Shown here: positions 11,620-24,769 of the stretch, one piece after another
Position numbering within the stretch: the first letter of the stretch is position 1
How the letters are laid out: every line of letters begins with the position of its first letter
DNA from: Ramazzottius varieornatus
Taxonomy: Eukaryota > Animalia > Tardigrada
Assembly (NCBI GenBank): GCA_001949185.1
Contig: BDGG01000002.1
Location: 6,934,448 to 6,998,447, forward strand
Length of the DNA stretch: 64,000 bases
Direction: 5' to 3'
Notes under the pieces: generated by a model
Told to the model about the DNA's origin: nothing
The model's database searches: none
The model's input: the letters and a program-made list of their open reading frames with translations, nothing else
Program-made: the position numbers and the translations under genes

Positions 11620-12652
11620 AGACTTAACCCACATCCCAAGTGCGCTGTGCTCCCCTCCAAACTTTCAAATGTCACTTTCATGACGAAGTTTCTCGCTACT
11701 CGTCCTACTGGTGAGTGTGTGGTGGTTCCCCCGACATCAAAGATCTCATAATCCCCCGATCGTACTTACCTGCAGTTCGGGGCTTTCAAAGCGAGCCGTT
11801 GTACCGCTTTCCTAACTGGTCAAAAAATTTTCTGGGTGTATCCACCAAAGTAGCTGGTGTAATTACACCACCAAGCCAGCTTGGTCTTTGTAAGCTCTTA
11901 TTATATTTGGTCTAGATGTTATGCTCCAATGATGTATCCTTAAATTGGGCGTGACTTTGAGGATCAAGGTTTTCCATATACTTCCGTTCATCATTTCAGT
12001 CGACCAAGAATCAGAGCCATTCAGCCGCAGTAAAATTCGACACCGGCGCCTTTGCTGCTAAGCTTTTGAGCTAAGTCAATGCGGTTGGAGTCTCATGAAA
12101 GACCAGTTGGATCAAAGAGCCTTTCAAAGAGACGTGCTGATCAATGTCACAGATCTCTTTCGGGAGATCGAATTTGTCATCATTACAGTACATACCGCGC
12201 ACTTTCACAGGGTCGACTCTGCTCTGGCTCCTCGGGCTCGTTGAAGCTTCTGTCTGGTGGAATCCGCCCATTTGCAGTATTGCACCAAAGGACTGCGCCA
12301 CAAACAACATGGTCCTTGAATCCTTCAACGTCGAGCTGCACTTGACAAGAGCCAAAATCTGACAGGAAGTGCATTCCAAATCTTACCGCTTTGCTGATTA
12401 TCTGCACTACCACGTTAACTACTTTCCCGCAACCTTTTTCGGCGTGTTGAGTGGATTCTGAGCTTCTTACCGCTGATGGAGCCGCACATGTATAGACTGG
12501 CACCTCTGGAAGGATGTCGACGGATAACCAATCTGACTATGAATATTTTGTGATGGACCACTTTGAAGTGCACAGTTTCAGCCATGTAACTATATCCTCC
12601 ACCCCCATTGATATCTTTGGCTCGAAATAAACCGCCTAATGACTGACGAAAG

Positions 12653-15600
12653 ATGGAAAATACGAGTGCTGAACTTTTCCCTCCGATTTACACCTTCGCC
12701 CAACTATCGAACAGGAGCGAGCCAACTTCGAATATCCTAACCGAGAACTTCACAATTGGACTCAGTGAAGGACCTTTAGATCAAGCCAACCGTTGGATAC
12801 AGGTAGCCAACAGTTGAAACAGTGTGATTAGTTAACTGGTTGTCAGTAGCATGGTTGGAAAGCCGCAGGGATAATTGTAGATTTTTCACTCAAATCTGAT
12901 CTTGCATTTACGGTTTTTGCCTCCGGTGATATCCAGGTTTATGTACTGTTGACTCTTGCCGCTTTCGGTTTTGTCGGCAACGTCCTGATCATTGTAATCC
13001 TCCTCACCAAACGAGTCATCAGAAAATGCTTCACCCCCATCAACTTCCTGATCCTTCAGCTAGCTATTTCCGATCTCCTTGTCGTGGCTTTCTGCTTGTT
13101 CGCCGGTAAATATCAATATACGGGATTTTGGCATATGGACTGAACCAGGCTGTTCTTCGAAGTGGCGCACTTTCTCAGGCCGAAAGCACTACTGACGTGC
13201 GCCACTTTGGAAAACGTCGAACCTGACAAGATTAATTTCCAAGCGGCATATTCATCTGGTCATGTCCCACACAGTAGACAGCGTCTCGTTGAGGATCTTG
13301 TTTCCGGGAAGTTCTGATGTTCAGTTCGGCGTTCTCGATCGCCAGTATTAAGTCCGCTGTATTTCAGATGCCGTGTGGAAAGCTACTTATTGCTGGTAAG
13401 CTAGGACACCCCAGAATTGAATAATTTGATTTAACTGTTCCCAGTACAAGCAAAAATGCTTTACTTCCGGTTCCTAACCTTTTCAATTCACCGTTATATT
13501 CTTATCGACAAATAGGTCCAATCCATGAAAGTCACCCTTTGTATATTTTTGTAGGTTGGGCGGGGATTTAATGTGCCGTTTCGTCAAATACATGCAAATG
13601 TAGGTCCCAGTGCCGGAAGAACTTTCAGTGCTTGTCATTAACTGCACCCAGAAGTGCAGTAAATGCTCCTGCAACACCTTTTTTGATCTTATTTGTATCT
13701 GCCCAAAAGGTTTTCGTTATATGCCTCCACCTTCATCATCGTGACAATCAGTTTAGATCGATGCATCGCCATTCTCAGTCCGATTTCTCGTCTCAGTCAC
13801 CACCGAATGATGAAAGTCATTTCCTTGGGTGCATGGATTCTGGCTGCCCTCTGCAGCATACCTCAGGTGCGAATTCATCCAAAGAGTAAAGAGAGAGAAA
13901 GAGAGCAGACTTTAGGGATTTACAGTTATCACGCCTTCATAAGAATTCGGTCAAGAGACTTCGGTCAAAAACAATATCATCCGGTTGCAATACGAAGAAA
14001 CCTTGGCTACTGTAAAACAAGGGCGTGGTCATCCCATTGCCTTGTTACATTAAACCAGGGGGATCATTCATCTGATTCTGAGAATTAATGAAATTATGAA
14101 TACCTTAATCAACCAAATATTGAAGGGGCCGGTTATTTCGTGGGTGATTTTTGCAGGTATTTATATTTAGTGTGCAGAAGGCACCATTCGCCATCAATGG
14201 TATTCCAGAGTTCTACCAGTGCGTGACCCACGGTAATCCCGCCTACCAGACAGTCAATATCCGGCTCCAGAATCGAACATTTTGATTAATGCTTTCTAAA
14301 CGACCTCATTCTTTTGGTCCACAGGAGCCTACACAGAGGAATGGCAGGAACCTGCGTACATCGTCTTCACATTTTGCATCATGTTCGCCGCGCCACTGTC
14401 TCTTATCATCCCTAGCTACATTTTAATTTTCGCCAAAATCGCACGTGAATCAAACATGAGCGGTGTTTCTTCTACAATAACAGGTAACGAAAAGCTAATC
14501 TAGAAGACTGAATAGGGGTCCACTTTGCGGGGTCACGAACCCTTGGACACCCTAAAAGCTTCTGGTTGGACATATTGAGAGCTGGTGCCATTGACAAATC
14601 GTACGTAATGATGTATGCGTGGAAGGAAGCAATTACTCTACGACGATCCATCAGAAATCTTCTTTCAATGCGTTTTGTACAGGTTCGAAAGAGGTTGAGC
14701 GATAGTTCCACGTTCTTAAAATAAATAAATAAGGTGAAGTACGTAAATATGAAACGCTTTCTCGGGGTGAACTTCGGAATCAATGACAATTAGCAGGTGG
14801 TCCTGCTTCCGAACAGTGGGTCCCCACATATTACTGTACTTAAGCGAATATGTTGGCACAGTTTCCAGCTCCAAATACCGGAAAGTCATAAATCCTCCCT
14901 CATTTTCTTAGGATTGGGAAGATTATCAGCTTTTGCTGGGTTCTTCCCCGAATCTTTAGTTGTAACGAAAACGAGATATTATATATCTTAAGCTAACAAC
15001 ACTAGCATTAGTTTTACTACCCTGGCTTGTGAAGATATTTTTATTTTTTGACACGCTTTCCTACCGCAAGAAATAGTCAATTTATCCAGCACAGATCACT
15101 GAACAAATTTCAAAAAACTTCCGGGTTATTTCGGTCCGCATTTTCGAAACGAAAACTGGTTAGTCCAAGGTTAGTCCGAGGTTAGTACAAGGTTTATGGA
15201 GTGACGTATTTAATTTGTAAATTCACGGCTGAGTTGAAAATCTTTGTTATTTTTTAGAGAAATGTCGACCAGGACTAACAGCGACGTCATACAAACGGAC
15301 CAGTTCCCAGCGGTTAAACTCCGGCTCCTTTTCCGTGGGACAATTACGGCGCGATCTTCTGATGAAGAAGGCGAAAATGAAAGCCCTCTTTATTTCGATC
15401 TTGGTAATCGTCACGTTTATCGTTTGCTGGGGTAAGATTATGTAACACACCTTGTAACACACGACTTTTTTTGACAATTATGTCGAGTGCTTCTATAGAT
15501 AACATGTAGGGTTCAGTGCTGCGTGCAAGTTAAGTGGTGCCCAAAATTCGTTCTTCGCTTTGCAGCTCCCTACTACGTCTGCATGATCTATTACGTGATC

Positions 15601-16175
15601 GTCAGCAAGGACCGGTCCGGCGACCCCTCAGCGCAGTACATGTTCCAAGTCATCTTCTTCTTTGGGTAAGCTCTCGCCAATCAGGAACCCGGCAAACAAT
15701 CTCGAAATGTCCGTTGTCCCAAGTGGCGCAGTTTCCTTTGCTATTGACTAGAAAAGTGCGCCACTTGACACAAAGACCATCCGAAACTGCGTGCCGGCCT
15801 CCCAACTGCACTTCTCAGCCGTTCGAAACAATGGTATGAATTTACAGAATGAGTAACAGTGTTCTAAACCCGCTACTCTACGGAGCGTTCCACATGGTAA
15901 ACAAGTCTCAAACATGCTGGAGGAAGTGCTTCAAGAGACATCGTCGGCATTCAGCCACAGAATCCGCCGCGGGAAGTTTCTACCGGCGCGAGAGTACCAT
16001 GGGTCCACATTACAGCCATCACACTCCTCTCGAGACGAAATTCAGCCGTATGAGTAATCTTTCCACACAGCGGATCGCTTCCTTTGACGCGGCTTATCAC
16101 CCGCCACTGGGTTCACAAGGCTTCAGCAGCGTCAGACGCTCTTCTTATCACCCGGGATTGCGGGTGGCTCTGTGA
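12653..16175 (+). CDS. CrzR: Corazonin receptor-like GPCR (GnRH-receptor superfamily)
   Basis: About 10-11 exons. N-terminus with NxS/T sites; LAISDLLV; CRFVKYMQMFSLYASTFIIVTISLDRC; EFYQCVTHG-AYTEEWQE; KAKMKALFIS; CWAPYY; FFFGMSNSVLNPLLYGAF. The ECL2 and TM7 motifs match arthropod corazonin receptors as I recall them. Confidence 0.8.
13160..13207. repeat. Fold-back element core, copy 3 (CrzR intron)
   Basis: AAGTGGCGCAC-N26-GTGCGCCACTT. Confidence 0.85.
15721..15766. repeat. Fold-back element core, copy 4 (CrzR intron)
   Basis: AAGTGGCGCAG-N24-GTGCGCCACTT. Confidence 0.85.
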
Positions 16176-16898
16176 TCTTCCAAGACGACTTATCTCAAAA
16201 CTTTATTGCATCTCCGGGACGAAGTTCCTCCAGCTCGCGTTAATGGGGCGACGAAGACCGATCTCAGTCCATTACACTGTCAAGATTGGATCACAGCGAC
16301 GCACGGTCACACTTCGTGGAACTCTCTTCTCGGTATCTCCTCTCTGTGATATGTATGAGCACAGTGGCTTATAATGAGCCAGATCGTCAGTCGTGGACCG
16401 ACAAGGTCCACGCAGACCATTAATATTCTTGGAATTGATGCTCTGTGAATATGTCTTTGCCGAAACAAGGACGTACGTTTTCAGGAGAATTTATTTCATT
16501 CAAATTAATTCCGGCCTTTTGTACAGGAAGAGCTTTTAGACAAGGAGGGTTGACTGCAACCCATGAGCTTTCGCCTCCGACTTTGCTCGAGAACGAGAAT
16601 AGAGTTCCTTGCGGTTGGGTTTCCGTCCAGTGGGGAACCGGGGATGTGGTCGATAACTGTGACGTAACGCTAACCGATCGATGCGGTGAAAGTTGTTGAG
16701 TCGGTAAAGCGGATTAGTGAAGTTGAAGATTGGTTCGATTTTATTAGTACGCAGGGTTCTCTAGGGATTACAAGAGATTATTCGTAACAGGAAGAATATG
16801 CTGAAAAGAGGACGTGCAACAAAGCCACTTCTAAAATTGACCCAAAATCAATGAGCTTCGAACTTTCGGATTTAGTAAACAGTTTTAATACGAGATGT

Positions 16899-18337
16899 TT
16901 ACGACGGGGTTCTTTGCAGACATTTCTCCGCGTGACAGCGCTGACATTTGACGCAATGGTGATAATCAGGCTTGACGCAGCGATTGCACTTGCCGCAGTG
17001 CCACCATGATTTCCCATCTGTAGATGGACATTTTGCGCAAGCAAAACAATGCCTGTTTTCCGAAGCGGAAAAGCGCTGACAGTCCGCGCAGAACCAATAT
17101 CCTTCCTCAAAAGGATGCTTTATTTTCTCCGGTTCCATATTAGTGAAGAGACGAACCGGAGAACCTCGCTTGTTGACTAACGTGCCTTTCTGAGCTTTAA
17201 ACTTGTTATGGTTATCATACTCGATCTTGTAATCCAGCATGTGAAAATGAGGAAATTCCCGCAGGACGTGTTTTTCGAAGAAGTATGGAAAGACCCACAA
17301 AACACTGCCTTCACTCCCGATATCCGCAAAGATTTGTCTGAGATTGTTTGCTAAAACTTCGACACGTCCCGCAAACGGCGGATCCATTACCATTAACAGA
17401 TCCTTCGACTCTCCTCTACTCACGAATGCCATGTAATTTTCTCGACCACTTGTCTTGTAAAAGTGGTGATTGAACATGTTGTACTGCGCAAACTGTTCTG
17501 GCGTGAAATAACGCTCGAAACGTCCATCAATATCCAGGAGGAAGTTGGACGAGCCCTTCCCTTCAGACGACGCTTCTTCGAACAAGCGAGGACAGCCCAC
17601 GTATAACACTCTTTTTTCCTGAAACAATAAACAAGCGAACAATAGAGCAACGACTACCAGCTCAAAGGACTACAGTCTACACCACCAGTTCGAGATACAA
17701 GTGTTCCGGCAGCTGCACACAGGGAACCAGTCTTATCCATGCAGTCCCCAAGTATGCATGGATAAGACTTAGCACCTCAAACTTAGCACCTCATTCACGT
17801 TACTACCTTTGCAGCCTTCAGGATGTTCAGCAGGAACTTGAGCGACTTGTCATCGAAAAAGTACTGCGCTTCGCCTCGTTCTTCGTCCAGCGGAGGAAGA
17901 AATCGCGAAGGGAATCGGGTATCGACTTTCTGTAGGTTCTTGTGCTTATGTGAGCTCACTTCGTCTTCCTCTAGAAGCCGTCCGCAATGTCCGCAGAACC
18001 ATCCCTCTCGGGGAAGAGATCCTCCTGTGCTTTCGACAGCGTCAAACTTCCGCTTTCTGTCTTTTCCCGAGAGCCTCGGGCTTTGTGAAGGTACTTCTTG
18101 GGTGGATTTCGCAGGGATGACACCTTGTTTCCCGGGTTTGTGACAGGGAATCTTCAGACGACATTTCTTTGATTCTCTGTAAGCGGAGCAGGCGTAGAAA
18201 GATTCGGTGATGGCAGAAGGCTTCTTGGTCGATGCACGGTGGAAGAGTATCATCGGTCCATGTGGGCACTGAGGATTGTTTTCAAGACCTGTCAGGTCCA
18301 CCTGGAAAGAGTCCCGGTAAGCATTACGGTGCGCCAT
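16899..18337 (-). CDS. ZCCHC4: 28S rRNA N6-adenosine methyltransferase ZCCHC4
   Basis: CPHGP..FYACSAYR, AQYFFD, VLYVGCPRLFE, MDPPF catalytic motif, WVFPYFFE, GSPVRLFTN, Cys-rich C-terminus; one intron ~17799-17619. Confidence 0.93.
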
Positions 18338-18873
18338 CTGGAAAAGAATGCGGGATTGCTGGATGATGCCTTTTTGCACGATGTTCATCAGTCCCTCAGC
18401 AGATTCAAGAAACTCCCGTCCGCGAGTAGCGTCGTACCAGATGTTCGAACTTGGAGACCTTGCAATGAAACTTGTTGATCCAACTCTAAACGGATGAAAC
18501 TTCGAGATCAATTTCAGGTATATCACCGGATAGGACCAGAAGACCAGACCAATTTCAATAAAGAGATTGCGTAAAACCAAGACACAGCCTGCAGTTGATT
18601 TGTCTATCTTGATTGACAAACGCTCGACCGCTGTTGGACTCTCTGATCGAGTAATCCAACTAACCTTTCGGGACCTGCCAGAACGCCATCGGACACTTCC
18701 CGCTCCGTCGCTGCTTCGGAACAGAAGGTGCGTATTACAAGATGTGTAGGTTGCTCGAGGAATGTCGAGGAAGCTAAGGTCAGCTTTGATGTGATGTGGA
18801 TAGACTGGCCGATCACAATTGCGCATCTTGTAAGGCATGAATAGTCCTGAAGTCTTCGGTTGTTGCAGGAATC

Positions 18874-19719
18874 ATGTTTGCTTCACGGGTTATCCGAAGC
18901 GCTATGAAGCTGACTGGCGCAAGATCTTTCGCTATCTTCGCGCACCCATTACCAGCCGGAAATGCCGGCACAAGCTACTCTAGCGGTATTGTCTCCCACA
19001 GCCGATTTCAGATAGCCCCATTGACTGCTGTCCTACGGACATACGCGGACTATAGACCAAGAGTCCAGGTTCCCGAAGCCGAAGTTCGCAAACGCATAAT
19101 GTACATTTGCCAGAATTTCGACAAGATTACAGCGGACAAGCTGACGGAAGAGTCAAACTTCATGAGCGATCTCGGACTGGATAGCCTGGATCATGTCGAG
19201 CTTATCATGGGCGTTGAGGACGAGTTTGGCTTCGAAATCAACGACGACGATGCGGAGAAGCTCCTTACCCCTAACGATATTGTGAAATATGTAGTAAAGA
19301 GGCAGACACCTTCCGACGATCCTGTCACGAATCTATTTACCGGTAAGACTCGGGAGCGGAATAGGTGCGGACCGCCATGGCGCTGCGCATAGTGCGCAAT
19401 AGCCTAAGCCAATGTGCAAAAAATTGGTGCCCGAATGTAGTGCTCGTCATGTGACCATCGTTCCGAATTCGGGCCGATTAATTTCGACGAATCTAGCTTC
19501 GCCTACGGGACGGCTCAATGGGTGTAGCGTACGTACACGGCTTGCACATCGCTTTGAGCCGTGACGTCAAGCTCAACATTGCCATTCCCCAGCTGTTTGC
19601 CACATTTGAATTTTCCAGCGCCATGGCTGTGCGGTTACCCTGTTGTAGCGTCCTGTTCCGATATTATAGCATATTATAGCAATGGTCTTTCTTGGTTCGC
19701 AGGTCAACAAGGGTTGTGA
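18874..19719 (+). CDS. NDUFAB1: Mitochondrial acyl carrier protein
   Basis: Arg/Ser-rich targeting peptide; DLGLDSLDHVELIMGVEDEFGFEI phosphopantetheine site. Probable intron 19342-19702 followed by a short terminal exon (GQQGL*). Confidence 0.9.
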
Positions 19720-20027
19720 GGCGGGGCTGGCGAGAAACATATTTTCGCAGCGTGATTATCTGAAAGCTTTTAGGTATGAGTGCATTCTCGAGGAACTCAG
19801 CGTGATTGAGAGGGTTCATCATAGAACACCGTTAGATGCTGAAACCTTATCGTATTCTTCGAACCTTATGATTATGGATGCAAATCGTGTCAGTGTAAAA
19901 AGTGAGATGCCTTCGGGTAGCTTTCGGTTTGGTGATGAAATTATTTTATCTCTGTCTGTACAAGGATCAAGCATTCTGGATCAAGGATGCGAGCACACTT
20001 TCTTCCGTATCTGAATAATATAAGATT

Positions 20028-20237
20028 TCACCTATGTATCAGATTTTGAGGATTACGATTATTCATGCACTCTTTGAATTGCTGAACGAGGTCTTGGCAT
20101 TTCCTCCAGTCCTGTTTTTCCGCCATACATTCTTGCAAAGCATGGTGGATATCTAAGCATCCCGTTTTCTGGATTGCCTTCGCAACAGGATCTTCTTCGT
20201 CTTCCGTCGCAGAAGTAACATTCTTTTGCTCCGACAT
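20028..20237 (-). CDS. COA4: Cytochrome c oxidase assembly factor 4 (twin CX9C)
   Basis: EEDPVAKAIQKTGCLDIHHALQECMAEKQDWRKCQDLVQQFKECM. Confidence 0.88.
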   Translation of the reverse strand: MSEQKNVTSATEDEEDPVAKAIQKTGCLDIHHALQECMAEKQDWRKCQDLVQQFKECMNNRNPQNLIHR

Positions 20238-20830
20238 GCTGGTAAATTCAGGTCCGTATGCTGCAAGCTGAAGCGGGATCACGGTCACCATGTGTGAAGG
20301 TCTACTACTTGCCAAGGATCCAAACCATCTTAGGCTGAGTCCTCCGTCAACTTCCGGTTCCGTGATTTGATGAGAGAACAAACTGAAGTCAGATACTCAG
20401 ATTGAACAGATTCTTCGGAAATTTAGAATGCTAAAAAGTTTCCGATAATCAAGCGTGATGTTCAATCAAGCGAAAAAGCACTGAGCTCGGGGCGGCTAAT
20501 TTTGAGAACGATTTACCACTTCCCCCCCCCCTTCCCCCGGCCAGGACCTGTGCAAAATATGTCAACCAGGGGCCGAAACAGACCATCGAGCAGAAAATGC
20601 AACTCATTGTTTAGCGTGAAGTTTCGGAAAGAGAACTCCTGCTTCATCCCCTCGTCTTCCTCTTCCGCATGTATCTTCCTCCCTACTGAAAGGACCCAGC
20701 GTTATCGGGAGGTTTGCTTGCTCGCTTAGGTAAGTTAACAACCTGACGTTTGTTTTTTCTGGCGACGCCGTATATATGGATTCGTGTATGCGAATCAATG
20801 CCTCTATTTTTATTTCTTACCCTAGGCAGA

Positions 20831-21839
20831 ATGGCCACAGCCACGTTTTTTGATCCGGAAAGCTCGGGATTTCAGTTCGACAACTATGCGCGGAATCAGC
20901 AGCTGGTGAAACAAGGGATCAAGCCTCCGAAGTTGATGAAGACAGGTACTACCACGACTGCCGTCATCTTCAAAGGTGGCGTTGTTCTCGGAGCTGACAC
21001 TCGAGCCACCGGCGGAAACATCGTCATGAACAAGAACTGCTCCAAGATACATTACCTCGCTAAGAATATGTACTGCTTGGGTGCTGGAACTGCGGCTGAT
21101 ACGGAATACACCACTCGACTGATGGCAGGTAAAGTGGAGCGAAAATACAGGGCTGTTTGAGAGAAAGGAGTTTAATCGGCCACCTATACTGACTGACGTC
21201 GTACAGTCGGATCTGGGGTGGCCGATTTGTTCATTCTGCCTGCTGTTATGAGTTCGTGCAGCACTAACAACATGTAAAACAGGACGATGTTTTTTCGTAG
21301 GTAAACTGGAACTGCTAGCCATGTCGATGCGTCGTATCGTGCCTGTCAAATCCGCGGTTCGAATGTTGAAGCAGATGCTGTTCCGATATCAAGGCCACGT
21401 CTCTGCCGCTTTGATCGTCGGAGGGGTTGACATGTTGGGACCTAAGATCGTGAGTATCGCTCCTCACGGCTCCAGTGACAACGCGCCTTACTTGGCCATG
21501 GGTTCTGGAAGTATCGCTGCCATGTCAGTGCTGGAGACCAACTTCCGCCCGGACATGACTGCCGAGGAAGCCGTGAAGCTGGTCCGTGATGCCATCAACG
21601 CCGGTGTGACCAACGATCTCTTCTCCGGTTCCAACATTGACATCTGTGTCATCACAATCGACGGAGCGCAAGTCATTCGTCCGTATGAGCAGAACCAACC
21701 GGAAGTGCTGAAGAAAGCAAACAACTATACCTTCCCACGAGGAACGACGACTGTCCTGAGCCAAGGTGTCCGCAAGGTGGACTATCATATTGTCAGTACC
21801 GAAATCCGCAAGACCGACGAAGAACCGATGGAGACCTAG
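20831..21839 (+). CDS. PSMB7: Proteasome subunit beta type-7 (beta2)
   Basis: GFQFDNYARN propeptide, KTG|TT, LGADTRAT, GAGTAADT, LKQMLFRYQGHVSAAL, MGSGSIAAM, DLFSGSNID; intron ~21129-21300. Confidence 0.95.
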
Positions 21840-22064
21840 ATTAGCTGATTAGTTTTCTGCAATTTGTAAATGGTCGAGACTTTCATAACAACATGCGGAT
21901 GCTTTTTATGGCGAAGTGGAGATCGCATTGCATTGTCGTTCTACATGAGAATAACAGAAAATCATCCTCACATTTTCTTCCGAAATTTCCAGAGCTCGTC
22001 TCCGTGGAAAGGTCATACCATAAAGAAAATAAATTATTTAGACTAAAGTTTCTGCGAACTGCTT

Positions 22065-24769
22065 TTAGCGGTTCTGGAAACGCAATTGCTGGTTCGTGAT
22101 GGGAATTTCGTCGTACAGAGACCCACGGCGTCGGAGCTCAGTTTTCGCTGCATTAGGTTTAAGCTTCAGATCCCTGACTGTCAAGGCTGCCTCGTCCCAT
22201 TGCGCTGCAAATGAAATGAGCAGCATTAATCAGAAACCGCTAACCTGAACGAAGGTTCTCATTGAAACCACGGATAGACTAGAGTATTGGTAATTCCCAT
22301 AATCTTGCCGGTAGTTCGCGCTTGCAGTCCGTTTATTTTTGTAGTTCGTACCGAAGGGCTACTCACCAAGTTCGTTCATATGCTCTCGAAGGATGTTGGT
22401 CACGGCTCTGCGATCCTGGTCTGAAGCGAAGCGTAACAAAAAAGTTTCCGCTTGGGTATTCAGCTCTATTCCCATTTCTTCCGGGCGTTTTGTAATTTTT
22501 ATGCTCTACGATGAGCGAAGTTATGATTATCATATAGTAATGCCGAAGAGGTTTCTTGTGACAACAATGTGGCCTACTTTTTTGGAAGTAAAAAACATGC
22601 AATAAACAGCAAAAACAACTGATTGAGTTCTCGCATTATTTTTATTGTTTAACGAACTTACTTTATCCACCCGAATGGCCATTTCCAACAACCTTCGGTC
22701 ACGGTCGCTGTTATAGCAATAAAGATACGAATTGACCAGTGTGCAGTAGTAGAAAGCTCCAGCTGTCGTACGGCTCGAGTGTCCGTTCATCTTGACTTCA
22801 CTGATGTGTATACGGCCTATTTGAATCTCTTTTATGGCACAATACGGCTGCACAGCAGTGCGGCAGGCAAAGGAACCGAAGAGCGGCACTTCGTACGCCG
22901 TTGAGAGCCGTTTTGTGGAACCTTAATTTGGGAACATAAATATTCATTCAAACCACGTTATAATGGAAGCAAGAGCGACTATTCACATGAGTAATGTCAC
23001 ATATAATTTTTGACCGATATGATGTGAAACGCAGACAGTGAAACCGTGCGCCGACATTTCACAAACCTACATACTTTTTCTTCACTGTGACTACGTAGGT
23101 CGCTGTATGCAGGTAAATGAGAGCTCTGCAGATCTCGTCGCCGACTTCTTACACGCATTGGATGTGGGAATATTTACCTTTCAGCGCATTTCGAATTGAA
23201 AGAATGTGAGATCTGCCCTCTTCTCCCGATATAAGGTCCTTCATGGACAGGGTGTTTTCGGCAATTTTCGTAAAGTTGGGCAGACTGGTAATGGGTAGCT
23301 GCTGTCCGTACTCGCCGGCATGCAGGTCAGCGAAGTGAATGCTGGCCGACTACGAAGCAGAGAAAAGAGAGTGAGAAGCTAACAACAACAACCACATCAC
23401 TTTGACAAACATTTTGACATAATGTGACCAGCAGTAACTAGTCGTGCATTGTTGAGTGGACAGGTTGAACTCATCGAGAATGTAATAGGAATACCTCGCG
23501 ATTTAACATACGACTACTGTTCGGTTGCGGTGAATATTACCTGTGTCCAAGGAGCGGGAGCCGAGGAGGCATAGCGCCGTCCGAAGGTACGGGTCAGCGA
23601 TCGTGTTAGCTTCCGAGAAAGTTTACGCACTGGAGAGATGGTTTTCTCTGACCCGCTGGAACATGCGTAACTGAACACCTCAATGTGCAACAGAGTGGTC
23701 GGCGTGATATTCGAACTAGAACAATCACAGCACATCACTGATTACGTAATGGAGGCGACGTGAAGGACCGTGAGAAGAACGTGTGAGAAAATATGAATAA
23801 TGTCTTATCGGAGTACCCTCATTACGCGGTCAACAGAAGCTTACAACTCGATCAGTTCGGGAAAGACAACATCGGCCATGCTGGAGTCCACCATGACTTT
23901 TTGTGTGCTCTGCATATCCTGGTCGGTGTACAGAATGCAGAAGACCACAAACTTCTTGCCATAATTGTCCGCCTTATGTGAGCGGTCCTTGAAGTACTGG
24001 CGCTCCTTCCACACAAAAGGTAGCCGAATCTCTGCAAAAACAATCACCGTAAATCAGCGAGACAAAAGAAAATTCACGGATACTTGAAGGCCAGAAACTT
24101 AGCATCAGATTACTGTAGACCTGCCACTTCCGGGCCCGGGTTAGATTAAGAGATAAACTCTTTCTTTCCGGTTAAAAATTACTTCGTTGTGCCCGATTGT
24201 GTTAGGACTATTAAGGGTTTACTTTCATCTGTCAGTCTGTTGTTCTCTTAAAAGCAAAATGCTGATTTGACAGCTAAATCGATGAGGTTGCATTTGGCTG
24301 TTTGGCTATCCCGTCGAAGGTGTGAATTTCACACGCGAGCAAATATTTTTCAATGTCAGTGTTTACCGACCGATACTGTATCATTTGGCGCGCTGCGATA
24401 TTGCTCTTCGAGACGTCAATAAGATCGTTGCAGTTAACGTTCAATGATCATTCTGTCGCATCTTTAAGTGACAAGCGGCGACCTCGATTCCACAAGTAAC
24501 AAAGCGTTTTATATGAATTTAAATTACTCGATACGTGTAAAGTATGATGAGCAGCGATGATGTTGAATCGCATTAGGAGCTCTGCTTCATACCTGTGATA
24601 AGCAGGCGACCCTTAGGCAACTTGGGCGGAAGAGTGGCATTACGGCTCTTTTGTCTGAAAAGAGATTTGAATGACCTGCAGTCAAGAGCATCTAATTGCA
24701 ACAAGAAGGTTGGTCGTGATCGCACCTTGTCGACTGCCGAGACGACATGCCGTTCAATTGAGATTCCAT
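22065..24769 (-). CDS. RTKN: Rhotekin-like protein (anillin-homology domain plus PH domain); 5' end uncertain
   Basis: Spliced translation PKGRLLITE|IRLPFVWKERQYFKD..FVVFCIL..VMVDSSMADVVFPE resembles the rhotekin anillin domain. PH region YCTLVNSYLYCY..IRVDK|SIKI..FLLRFASDQDRR. Tail HMNELAQWDE..RRGSLYDEIPI matches the rhotekin SQW..GSLY motif. Further upstream exons to ~25.8 kb are possible. Confidence 0.72.

Noticed and set aside
12071-12503. Overlapping ~100-aa ORFs upstream of CrzR
   Set aside because: No recognisable motif or consistent splice structure.
18338-18838. Long N-terminal extension of ZCCHC4 in the ORF track
   Set aside because: No family resemblance; it spans the shared promoter region, and a tccag acceptor directly precedes ATG 18337.
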